A stretch of 64,000 bases of DNA from Histomonas meleagridis 2922-C6/04-290x. Taxonomy: Eukaryota > Protista > Parabasalia. The notes under the pieces were generated by a model that did not search any database, had not been told where the DNA came from, and saw only the letters and a program-made list of their open reading frames with translations. The DNA is taken from NCBI GenBank assembly GCA_020184695.1, contig JAANOX010000134.1, positions 194,477 through 258,476 on the forward strand, written 5' to 3'. Both the position numbers and the translations under genes were made by a program. Position 1 is the stretch's first letter, and each line of letters begins with the position of its first letter. Of the stretch, positions 52,892 to 64,000 are shown piece after piece.

Positions 52892-52979
52892 TTAAAAAGA
52901 GTAAAAATTTGATTGGTTTATACAAGTAAACTATTAAATACTATCATCAACTTTTTGTTATTCAACCGCCGCCGATAGG

Positions 52980-52999
52980 GACGGTTTGGTCGATCCTTC
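52980..52999 (+). promoter_or_regulatory. M3 (GACGGTTT) plus M5-like (CCTTC) core promoter of RPL36
   Basis: 15-nt offset; same CGGTTTGG core as RPS23 and RPL30. Confidence 0.65.
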
Positions 53000-53006
53000 A
53001 ATCAAG

Positions 53007-53270
53007 ATGTCAGGCACAGAAAAGGAAGTCGCTAAGAAGACAAGGAAGGGATCTAGTGGCAAGCGCGCCAAGTTTGTCCGCGAAGTTATTCATGAACTTG
53101 CAGGCTGGTCACCATATGAACGCCGTGCCATGGATCTCATCAAACTTGAAAAGAGGAAATCAGCCCGTACCTTCCTTAAGAAGCGCCTTGGCACCCACAA
53201 GCGCGCCATGCACAAACTGGTATATCTTGAAAACATCATTCAAGAAGAGAACATGCAACATCATCATTAA
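53007..53270 (+). CDS. RPL36: 60S ribosomal protein L36 (eL36)
   Basis: RKG..GKRAKFVREVI.E.AG.SPYERRAMDL.K...K.A..F.KKRLGTH.RA..K. Confidence 0.95.
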   Translation: MSGTEKEVAKKTRKGSSGKRAKFVREVIHELAGWSPYERRAMDLIKLEKRKSARTFLKKRLGTHKRAMHKLVYLENIIQEENMQHHH

Positions 53271-53314
53271 ATCATATCTTAGATACACCAAATTTTTATT
53301 ACACTATTATTTTT

Positions 53315-56070
53315 TTATTCTTCTCTATCGCCCATCAAATAAGCCACGTCGTCACAAAATTCCACGAATATTTGTCTGAATTCGTCGATATCAAATGATC
53401 GACAAAATGACTTTGCCAAGATTTCTTTGTCCATTGGTTGTATAGGCAACTGTTGGATAAAAGGAATCAACAATTTGTCGGTAAAATCCGGTACCATTGA
53501 ACAAAAGAATACTGCGAATTCCACCATCGAATCCCTCATCATGTAATGCGAACAACTGCACATCTCATTACATATTGCCGAGAACGCGTTGAATCGAAAT
53601 GTCTGATCAACTCTATCTAATACTTGATATAACTTATGTGCCTCGATTATAGCTTCGATCGAAATTTTAACTGATGAAGGATCCTTCGCGCAAACGCCAT
53701 CAAAGAAAAGTATTCTTAGTAAACTTTGTTGATAAGCTTCGCCGAGTAATCCCCATCGATCAGTGATTAATATTTGTACAATTTTTAGACACGTCCATAA
53801 TACATCAATTGAAGGTCCATGGAATAATGAGTCCGTATATTGCACCATAAATTTCGCAATGTTTATCGTTTGTAATGCCGCAGCTGCAGTTCGAAAACTT
53901 GCAAGTTGATATAAGATCTTTAAGAATGACATTGTCGCATAATGTTCGAAACTTCCATCTGCAACATGAGGTAATACTGATACAAGTGGCGCAAACAAAC
54001 GATTTATAAATTCGGACATTCGTTCTGCAATTTGACTTGGGAATATAGTCATAAATGACGCAATGAAATCTAATAATGGGCCAATAGCTCTTTCAGTGAT
54101 ATTCGTTTCATAGATGTTCATGATTAAATCAATATAAGGTACAAACGCCGAGAAAACTAAATCTTTCGTTGCACGGATAGAAAAAGCTATACTATTAACT
54201 GCATCACGTAATAATTGTAATGCTATTGGCATGTTTTCTGGTGAACTAAGGTTATCGAAAATGGTGGAAAATAATTGCCGAATTACATCAGCATTAGCTA
54301 ATGGCCGTGCACCTCCATCCGTAGGGAAGAATGAAGCTATGATTTCGGCGCAACAGATATATAATGAATATATTGGAATAGGCATTGATGAAAATACATT
54401 TTGCATCTCAAGTAATCGATTTAAAAGTGTCTTACATGGTGTCATTGGCCGATGTATTTTTACTGTCTCAAGTAATAACTCAAGCATTGGCTGTATGAAA
54501 TCTGGGCCTAATGATAATGATACTGTTAATAAATGAAATACTTTCTCTACAAAATGTAATGAATTACGTGAGAACTTTCGTACATATGTTTTAATAATTG
54601 TTTGAACTATGGCAAAAACTTGTGGTACATCAATGTTAAGTTGTTTTGTCATTAATTCATTTGTATATCGTAATAATGAATCTGATATTGTTTCATTTGA
54701 TGGATCGTCATCATTTATTAGACGAATTACATTATGGAAACACATTAAAAGAGCTGTAATCGATGGCAAACAATTATTAATAGCAGTTGCTGTAGCTCTA
54801 TGTACAAGTTTACATGCTTCAAATGTATAACATAATGCAATTTCATATACAACATCATGTACAATAAGATTATCATCTTCAGTAAAATGGATTAATAATT
54901 GTGGTGATATCATGGCATCAAGTAAATGTTCAAGTAATGATATAAAATGTGGCTTATATTTCATTGGATCCATATACGTGGATTCTTTGCCGGTAAGTAG
55001 GTCACCCCAAATTTCAATCATCATTGAAAAATGGGGTGTCCCAAATAACTTCCAAGTAGCTTGCTCAAAATTATATAAAAAGCTAGCGACTATTGATTCA
55101 TCAAAAGTATCTTGTTTGAAGAAATAGTTGGCAGCAAATGGTTGGAAAGCATGAAGAATCGATTTGATGTATGCATCAGAAACTTGGTTAGTTCCAAATA
55201 AACAAATTTCATACTCAAAAAAGGCAAAAACAACCCGCAAAAATCGAGCACGAAACTCAACAGTGTGTACAGAAAGTGCATCGTAACGAGAAAAAAGTTC
55301 AAAAATACAATCATGTGCTTCCTTGGCAATATCACCAACTTCTGAACGAGAATAATTGAGGAGAATTTCAACAAGTTCGGGTGAAATAAAGTTGGGCGAG
55401 ATCCAGTGAAGAAATGATTTTAATAATCCAAATGCTCTTACAGTGGTTGGGAAAGGATTTTGATTTGCATCTTTGAGGATATTAACAACTTGAAATGTAA
55501 TTTGAGGAACAAGAGAAACAAATGAATGACGGAGCATTGCTCTTACCTTTGAAGAAACACTGTGATCAACAAAAGCTTGAAGTTCATCAGAAAGAAAAAT
55601 AAGAAGTTGGAGACCGATTTGTATTTTTTCTGGAACACCCATGCAAGCGCTGATAAATGAAAGCCAAAAAGCCCATTCATTGGCAAAATCAACTTTCATC
55701 AATGTAACAATTGTTTTTAAAATAAAATTAGCCGAAGACTCATCAAGCAAATGAATTTTATTGGTGAGATAATCAACAAAAAAATTACGGATTTGAAGTT
55801 TTGTCGTTGGAGAAAATTGGAGGAGTCTACTCGGGATTAGGATTTCATGGAACGTGGAATCCAATATTTTGATATTGCATTATTAACAATACTACAAGCA
55901 AACCAAATTATTGAGGCATGCGTATAATTGTTTAAAAGTTCAAATGCAATTCCACATTTTGTAATATCTGTTTTAATTAAATTAAGTTGTTGCTCTATTT
56001 GTTGAAAGCGTTCTTGTGTATCAGGAGGCCTTAAAAATTCGGCTATAAGAGCCACAATGTCTCCCTGCAT
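53315..56070 (-). CDS. Exportin-6-like importin-beta family protein; frame break near 55810-55860
   Basis: N-terminal ORF 55837-56070 (EFL....TQER..QIEQ.L; IVNNAISKYW) continues in 53315-55864 (KLQIRN; I..L.K.D....W; GL.LL...SDEL), matching recalled exportin-6 N-terminal segments. Confidence 0.65.
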
Positions 56071-56531
56071 TCATTGGTGCTTTTAATGTAAAATATTCAA
56101 TTTCAAAGATGAAGTGAAGTGGTAAAATCCTACGATAGAAAAAGATTCTTGGGCCAAATCGAAATGCTTAAACATTATTAAGAAATAAAAATATAGCAAA
56201 AGTAAATCAAATTCCAAAGTATCCATAATTCTCACTGAGAGAGTCTAAAATATTTATTGACTTTCGAGATTTTTGTTAAAAAAAGACATGAAAAAATTGA
56301 ATAAATAAAGCCAGGCAAATATGTCCGTACAATCATTTTGCATTCAATATCCACAAGACCACACTCCAATGAAACGATAACTCACAAAAACACAAATTGG
56401 ATGAACTGTGTAAACTTATCAATTAACAGCAAGAAAAAAGCTTCAGCGGTTATAATGAAAAAAATCACATTCAAAAAAAATGGTCAAATTATCTATCGGC
56501 CGCAGAAAAATCTGAAATTCAAATTTGGATT

Positions 56532-58530
56532 TCAATTGTTGTAAAAAAGTGCAAAATTCAAAAGGAAGAATTTTATTTGTTGCGCCTTCCCTTCTGTTTT
56601 TGTGGTTGTGCCTTCTTTCCACCTCTGCGCTTTTGTGATGCTCTCTCTTAGCTTAATCCATCTTTTCTGGATCCATGTGTCGCTCAGGATCATAGTTTGC
56701 TGGCTTCTGGAGCCTCCTCCTCCTTCGCTTCTTGTCTTTAATCTTCTGAAGTTTCTCTGGCGAAAATCCTTCGGTTGATCGTTTTTGTTTTCTTTTCTCA
56801 ATTCCAAATTGTGATTCCTTAACAGCTGTTCACCACGATCACCCGAAGACTTTTGCGATTGGTGCTTCTTCAAGTTTATCCAAAACGTCTGCTTTGACTG
56901 ATTCCACTAATACGATATTTTATATCTTTCGGCCATTTCAATATCATCGTTAGAAAGAGCAAGTGAATAAAGAGCAATAGAATGTGGTGAATTGCCGGAT
57001 TTCATGGCTTGTTCGGCCCATTTTTGTGCTTCCTTGTAAAAACCGTTTCGTATTGAAAAAGTGGCAGCGTAATTGAAAAAGTCGGCTGTCTTGACAGTTG
57101 ACTTCTGCAAAAACTCGAGCGCCTTCTGTGGCTTTTGTGCGGCTTCGAAGAGCTCGACTATCACAGATATGGCACGAGGGAGTGAAGAGAGCTTGGACTT
57201 TGCGAGAAGTTCGGCAGCTTCTTCGAATTTTGATTGGCCAATAAGAATTTGGGCGTTATAAAGAGGAGAATATTCGGTTTCTTCGGCCGAAGCAGGATCA
57301 GCTGTTCTCTCAAATGACTCTGCTATCATTTTATCGACGTTATCAAGTTTCTTGACAAATTCGATAAGAGATTTCACTTTGCCTGGTTGTCCGATTTTAT
57401 GCAATATTAAGAACCTATTGATAAGGAATGCCTCAATTTCAGATTTACGGTATTTAGAGTATACATTATTGTTATCGAAATATGACATCTTTTTCCTTGC
57501 TTGATGTACATTGTTTTCAACAACAGATTAGCATAGTTGGAAAGCTGCGCAATAGCCCTGTGTGTATGGACGTGAGTTTTTCGTTGTCGACAATGCTTAA
57601 TAATTTTTCGATTGCAGCTTCGGGTTGTTTCACTGTACAAAATATTTCGCATGTTGAGAATGTTGAATAACTGCAATGCATTGTCCTTCTTTGACTTTTG
57701 CTGAGTCCCTAATTCGATGATTTCTTCGGCTTTTTGGTAATTCTTTGCTTGGACTAATATACATACAGTATTATAAATTTTGTTCACTTAATGAAGCCTC
57801 TGGTGAGTCAGTCAAGCGAGTCTTGAGATTCGCCTGTCATATAGTGCAAAGCAGCAGCTATTTTCAATGCCCATCTTCATTTAATTTCGGGCCGATATTG
57901 GCTGCTTTAAATATTTCTGGGCTACAACCTTCAACGCCATCACTCTGAGTCAGGGCCCGCTCTCTCATCGCGACAAATCGCGGCTCTTCTTGAACACTTC
58001 TGCGTCATCAGCAAAATTTGCTTTTGCAAATCTTCTTTGTAAATCTCTCAAGACCATACAAACAATAGATCCTTTCAAAATCAACATTTCTGAGCTTTCT
58101 TCTAGGTCAAGGCAAAGCTTCGGCAAACTCGACCACCTCTCAAATAGTTAAACGATGCTCGACAAATGCGAAGTCTCAGCATCTCTCTGGAAGATAGTGC
58201 TCAAAATAGCAGAAGAAAGTATCAATTGACATCATCTCTCATTATCTCTCGTCAATTGCATTTTGGAGTTCTTTGCAGTATTGTGCTCTGGCTTTCTCGG
58301 ACATTCTGGATTGAATAGCTCTGGCTTTGACTTCAAACACGCAAAGTAGCACAGCTTTCTTTTTCTCGGGAATAATGATTTCTTTCTGTTTTAAATACTT
58401 CAACATTTGGTATGAAGCGTTGCCTTCAGCATCTTTCTCACAACTTCTTTCATCTGTTTTCAAACTATACTAATTTCTGATAAAGTGTACTCAGTCGTTT
58501 AAACTGATCTTATGTAGTCATTAATGCTCA
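56532..58530 (-). pseudogene. SRP72: SRP72 (signal recognition particle 72 kDa), multiply frameshifted in this sequence
   Basis: TPR-like fragment 56907-57488; ANYDPERHMDPE-(extra A)-RWIKLRES near 56640-56700 matches the SRP72 RNA-binding motif NYDP...PDPERWLP.RERS. 5' boundary approximate. Confidence 0.6.
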
Positions 58531-61500
58531 TTTACTTATGCTATTAGCCAAAATTTCGATTTTTACTAACATTATTTTCATCATATAATTTTCGCATTTT
58601 CAAATTATCAAGATAATTTTACTCCTTTATACATGAGATCAAACTCTTGGTTTTCGCTGTTTGGGCCTATTTAGCTTATTTTGATACTACCATCAACTAG
58701 TTGGATCTTTCTCTCACGCACAAACAAGTTGATAAGATGACTCTATACGCTCTACTATTTCAATACAACCTCCCAAATCCGTTTCTCAGCACACGGAAAA
58801 TATTTTCACTAAAATGCTCTCTCTTGGCAAGGCTTTCTGTTCCTCTCCAAACTCATATTTTTCTTACTTTCTTTAATATTTTTCAGTAACAATGATTCTG
58901 TTACGCCACTACTATCCTAAAAACATTTCTTAAAACTGGCACAAGCTCTGCTGTTCGTGTGAAATTCTCTGACTCTCAAAATGCTACACATGCGATCTGT
59001 CGAAATTTAAACAGAACAAACCCATTTCAAAACATTGTACCATAGACACAACTGGCTTTCAAAGTATCAGGAAGCGTCAAAGGTCATTCAATACGATGAC
59101 ATCTCCTAAAACATAAAGTCGTTTGTATGCCTTCTTGGCCCAGGCTTCAGTAAGCAATACCAGAATTTATAAAGTATAGCAGCCATATTTAGGCTATATG
59201 AAAGGCCAAGGAAGCCTTTGTAGGTTGCAGCTAAAGTGGGCAGATAATTAGAAGGCTTTGGCTTTCGCAGAACAAATTTCAAACGGAGAAATAGCTCCTA
59301 CGCATTACCATTGATTGCTTGAGCGTACGAAAAAGTTGCGCAGTACTTTTATACTTATTTGACGGCTTTCAAAGCCGATCAGGCTTCAAATATTTTGAAG
59401 AAATAGCAGCTTTCAAAGCCGCCTTCTCGATGCTTCCTGATGATAGTTTCGCTTCTGGTCGTTCTATGGTCAGTGGCCAATAAAGGAAGTATTCGACGAT
59501 AATGGTACCTATCAAATTTAGATTTGCCCACATGAAAGTACCTAGCAATGGATACCCCAAGGAAAGATTTATAATAAGGCAACAGACCACTGATGGTTAC
59601 ATTTCGTACGTCAAGAAAGCCCCTGATAAAATACTGAAGAAATGTTAGCATTATCACGATATTTGATGAAGCTTTGTAATAAGAATAAATAAATGAATTT
59701 TCGTTTCATGCTTCTCTTACAAAATATGTGCCTATATGTTTTTCATATTTAAATTTCAATATCATATTTTTATTATTATATTATTTTCTCATTTACTGGG
59801 ATTTTGGGGCTCAATTTATATAAGACAATAAAATATTGTTTTACTCAATTGTTTGTCTATTATCATTTTCACCGAATGATTTATTTGAAGCATAACAATA
59901 ATTTCTCTATTTCATAAATTTTGTTCGTGTCATACTTCACTTTCATAAAATATTTGAAATATTTCAATTGACTCCGCAATGCCTGTAATTTCAAATAATA
60001 TACACATTGGTATAAAATAAATATTTCTACAACATACCTCACGTACACATTAAAATACTCATCATTGAATAACCGATAAATGATATCATTACCACGTTTC
60101 ATTTCTATATTGGGTTAGAAGATGCAATACTCAATGCCTCGCCAGCATTACCCCTAAAGCTCATATCATACTTTTTATTTTCAGCTATCAAACATTCGAT
60201 TCTCAATGATTGCTTAAATCTTGAATGACCAAAACAAGTTAAAGAACTACTCTCTGCCACTTCGATTTCATCATTAATTGCGTACCACATCAGCTTCACA
60301 ACAAATTCCAAGATTCGCGAAAATACATTTAAATTTCTCACAACATCATCGTTTCATTTTCATCTTCGCTTTGCATTGAATATCATAATCTTCATACCTC
60401 GATGATATTCATCATCATTACTAAATGGCAGACATTTCAAATTAAATTTAAAATAAGCCAGATGACGATTCTCGATAATAAACAGGAAAATGAAATAACA
60501 AATGTAAGGCATTTCGATTTCATGCATTGATTTTGCTCTCCGGTACCTTACATACTTAAAGGCATTTCATTATCATCATATGTCATACTTGTTCTACTGT
60601 ATCAAGTGCCTTTTCAACATTTGATTTCTGTATTTCAATATTTGTAAACATAAAATGCTCATAACTAAAGCAAGTCGAAATATCAGAATAAGTTCACGCT
60701 CTATCAACAGCAACAAGTGCTAACACAAAATTCAATTAGAAATGCGCAAACATCTCTCATCTTCGGGATCAAGTTTCGAAAGATACGCGACATGATACAC
60801 TTTAATATAAAATGATTTTGAGTTAATTTTCTGATCTAGAAAATTGAAGCGAACACGCGGTTTAATAAAGGCCATTGCGAGGGCGTTATTATCATTTTGC
60901 AGATACTGGATTGCTCGACTTCACGTAAATTCGAAAGATCTTCGTGGTGTTGCCGCTTTTCAAGTTTAAATTGGCAAATGATAAAATATGCAGGGCTGGA
61001 ATTTCGGGGTTTTCGCGCCCTCAAACATTGATTGGATCATTGAAAACCATAAGCAAAGTGCAAGAATGACAAGGCCTAAATGCTCAAGTGCAATTTCGTA
61101 GTACCGCGGGTTGCCAATACTGCACCGCCGGATACAAATGCCGAAGCCGACTCAAATTTTCGGCTGGCAAGCCGGCGGGGTAAAATGACAAGGTCACCGT
61201 CACCGACGCATTTAAAGCGATCAATATTTCACCGATTTAATTTCGCTCGCGGGCCACTTTTCATTGGCGAACGAGAATTGTCAGCCATTGTCATAAATTT
61301 CTAAATTTCAATAGATTATAACATCAGTGGATTGATTATCAGATTTTCTATGCTTTCACTAAATTTGGACCTAAAAAATGGCAAGTTTTCTATTTCATTT
61401 TTAAATTTCAACATTTAATGTATCACACGTCGATTATTATTTTTGGGATTATTTTCATATTATTTACTCTAATGTTATTTAGACATTGATTTCCATTTAC

Positions 61501-64000
61501 TTCTCATTGATGCGAAATTTTTAATGTTTATTGAATATATAAACTGCATTTCTTTGCTACTTAAATGTCTTTAACATTAGTTATCAGCGCTCTAAAAATA
61601 ATAATGCTTTAATTAATGAGAATCAAATGTAAGTACCAGCTTCAATATGGACCATTTTTGGGATGATAGAGGCGCTCTCTTCGCCGAAAGCGCGCGCCAC
61701 CCTAACATTACAACAATTAAATGTACCGAGGAAATGGTCAGCCAAAGCGGGGATATATCAAATAAGGAAATGACCTAATATACTTCGAGCATAAACATGA
61801 ATGCGCAGTACTACTTATCTAGAAATATATACATTAAATACTGTAGAGACGGGAATAAAATAATGAGAATATTAATATTACAGCGAATATCACTAACCAT
61901 AAGTACTAATTTCAGGGGAGAATTAATTGGTTTCAAACACTTTATTCGGGCTTCTGATGAATAGAGAAGATTTCAACTTATTTTCAAATGCAGCCACTAC
62001 CTCGTTTCAGCTGGGCCAAATACTCTAATGCTTGCGACGACAACAAATGTACTGTACCCTCGGGATTTTGAAAATCTTCTATCACCACACTGACACATGA
62101 TAGAAACGAATCAAGCTAATTAATTACAGTACGACGCCGCATTGCTCGCTCTTCACAACGGAATGGATTATTTTGCCGCCAATTATTAAATGTAAACACG
62201 CATTGAGTAGTCGCGTTGCTACATTTCAATAGGGTTTTCGTTTGCGCCTGCGAAATTACGTATTGTTTTTCGATAGGGAATCTTTGGAGATTTGGACAAT
62301 TTGCTCAATATAGATTTCTATTATATGTTATAAATAAATATCGCCGCATCAGTCACGATGATATCGTGGCTGGCAGCAATGCCATCAAGTACTGGTTGGC
62401 GATATAGATTGTACAATTGGTTTACGTTACCCTTAATTGTTTTCGAAAGTAACGAATTGTTTGCGTTTTTAAATTACTTTCGAATGAAGAGCATTTCAAC
62501 ATTTTATACATAATATTTAAAGCCAATAAAATAGTATATCATCAACAAGTAAATATTAAATTGGAAATGCGGATCTACTTATTAATATATTTTCATATTA
62601 CTTCTCAATGCCAATGATATAGTTAAAAATATACAATGCAGTTGAAATTTCCAAGATTTTATATCAATAAATTTGAGGGTATTCACTACGCCTTTCTGTG
62701 AGGATTTACATATGTGCCAACAATTATGTGCGAGAGCTGATTTCTTTGGCTTTCATGATTTCTACTTCAAGTTACAAGTTATTTTATAATGGTAAAAGAT
62801 TTTCACATTTCTATTTTCAACAATGTACATATTGTACTTACATGTGTTGGCATTTATTTTCAATGTAAAGACTCTTGAATTTTTTCATAAAGGTACTTTC
62901 GACATTAAGCCACTATTATTGAAGGTTACTATTTCTCTTTAGCTAATAATACTAAATCAAATACCAACGCAAGCCAATAAATTGGCCTTTTCTAATGTTT
63001 TATTTTCGATTAACGCCATTCAAGATTTCAACAAAATATCATCAAAAGGTTTGTACCTTTACTTTTACTTTCGATTTTCTTTATTACAAAGATTTAATAA
63101 TTTTCGATTTCTATTTCTCACTTTCTTTGCCATACATTAAAGCATAATACTCGCGTTAGTCATTTCAAATGAAAATTATTATTTCGACTAACATTTCATA
63201 AAATCAAATATTACCATAATTAAAGTTGCTTTAATATTTCAGTTAAATTACTAATTTGCAAATATTTCAATGGATTTAATTTACCACATAAAATTGGCCA
63301 ATTAATATATTAATAATTTGAAAAGATTCAATAATTTCTTACTACATGAAAAAAGAAGAAACATTACTACGAAAACCCAATAATTAGAATCATTTAATAA
63401 ATTTAATGAACATTGTACCTCAAATAATTTGACATCGATAAATACTTTACTAGAATGACATTACTTTTTGAAAGCCAATACTAATATCAAATGATTAAAA
63501 TTCATTTCAGTGATTTCATTGAAGAAATAATTACATTATTTTTATCAAATATTTTCAGATATTATACGTTTTCATAATGCGATACCGACGATCAGATACA
63601 TATTACTTTTACATACAATTTACTTGATAGCAAACATTATAATCGGTTAAATTACCAATGATTTCTTTATATTTCGATACAATATTTACTCCACAATATA
63701 TATTATATTTGATTCAAAGATATTACTCATATTAATTACCTCAAGGTCGATTGCGTTTCATTTACATATTAAAAGTAATGGAAAATTTCACAATGACGAA
63801 TTGGCGTACTTTGCTCATATTCGTGTTATTAAATGAATTATTATATCGATGCAACAATGAAATTGAGCTAATAATCAAATTAATTAATTGACTTTACTCA
63901 TTACTCATCGCATTTCATTATACTATCAATTACTACATGAAAATATCACTTATTTCGAAAGTACGTTTGAATTCGTTTTGTATTTCTTTACTATTTTCGA

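Noticed and set aside
1-64000. tRNA, rRNA or transposon genes
   Set aside because: No cloverleaf or rRNA signatures, and no transposase, integrase, polymerase B or terminal inverted repeats were recognised by eye. tRNAscan and repeat-library searches would be needed to exclude them.

Overview
AT-rich, gene-dense eukaryotic DNA from a parabasalid, probably Tritrichomonas-like. Evidence: an IscS with a hydrogenosome-type presequence, trichomonad M3-M5 and Inr core promoters, DUF3447-ankyrin genes and an almost intron-free gene set. About 30 housekeeping or hypothetical genes are recognisable: TBC Rab-GAP, calreticulin, DHHC, glycyl-tRNA synthetase, RRM, Dbf4-like, Nup205-like, Beclin/Atg6, RasGEF-like, RPS23, lipase-3, prosaposin-like, Smr, Nudix, Rab21, PX, ACSL, IscS, RPL30, PDI-like, RPL36, exportin-6-like and a broken SRP72. 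Four DUF3447-ankyrin genes are interspersed. The standout observation concerns three of them (382-2081 -, 31100-33148 +, 50229-52891 -). Every C-terminal ankyrin repeat is interrupted at the same point, between KD/KN and TAL, by a related AT-rich 54-100 nt segment (17 copies; 8 of the 16 complete ones are exactly 80 nt). The segments shift frame or carry stops while the ankyrin cores stay intact. They share a GT at +9/+10 and an internal AATAATATTTGGAAATTATTT motif at a fixed distance from the resumption point, but no GT-AG excision restores the frame. They are candidate non-canonical introns or bypassed elements. Other notable items: an in-frame UGA-C at a conserved Cys codon of a four-domain saposin gene, a GF-rich repeat inserted in the uninterrupted ankyrin gene, and an 815-aa secreted protein with an acidic/cationic/hydrophobic-hairpin architecture. 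Beyond about 56.3 kb the sequence looks coding but is riddled with indels, including in SRP72, which suggests poor consensus quality. No rRNA, tRNA, CRISPR array or recognisable transposon was found. Family assignments come from motif recall, not database searches.
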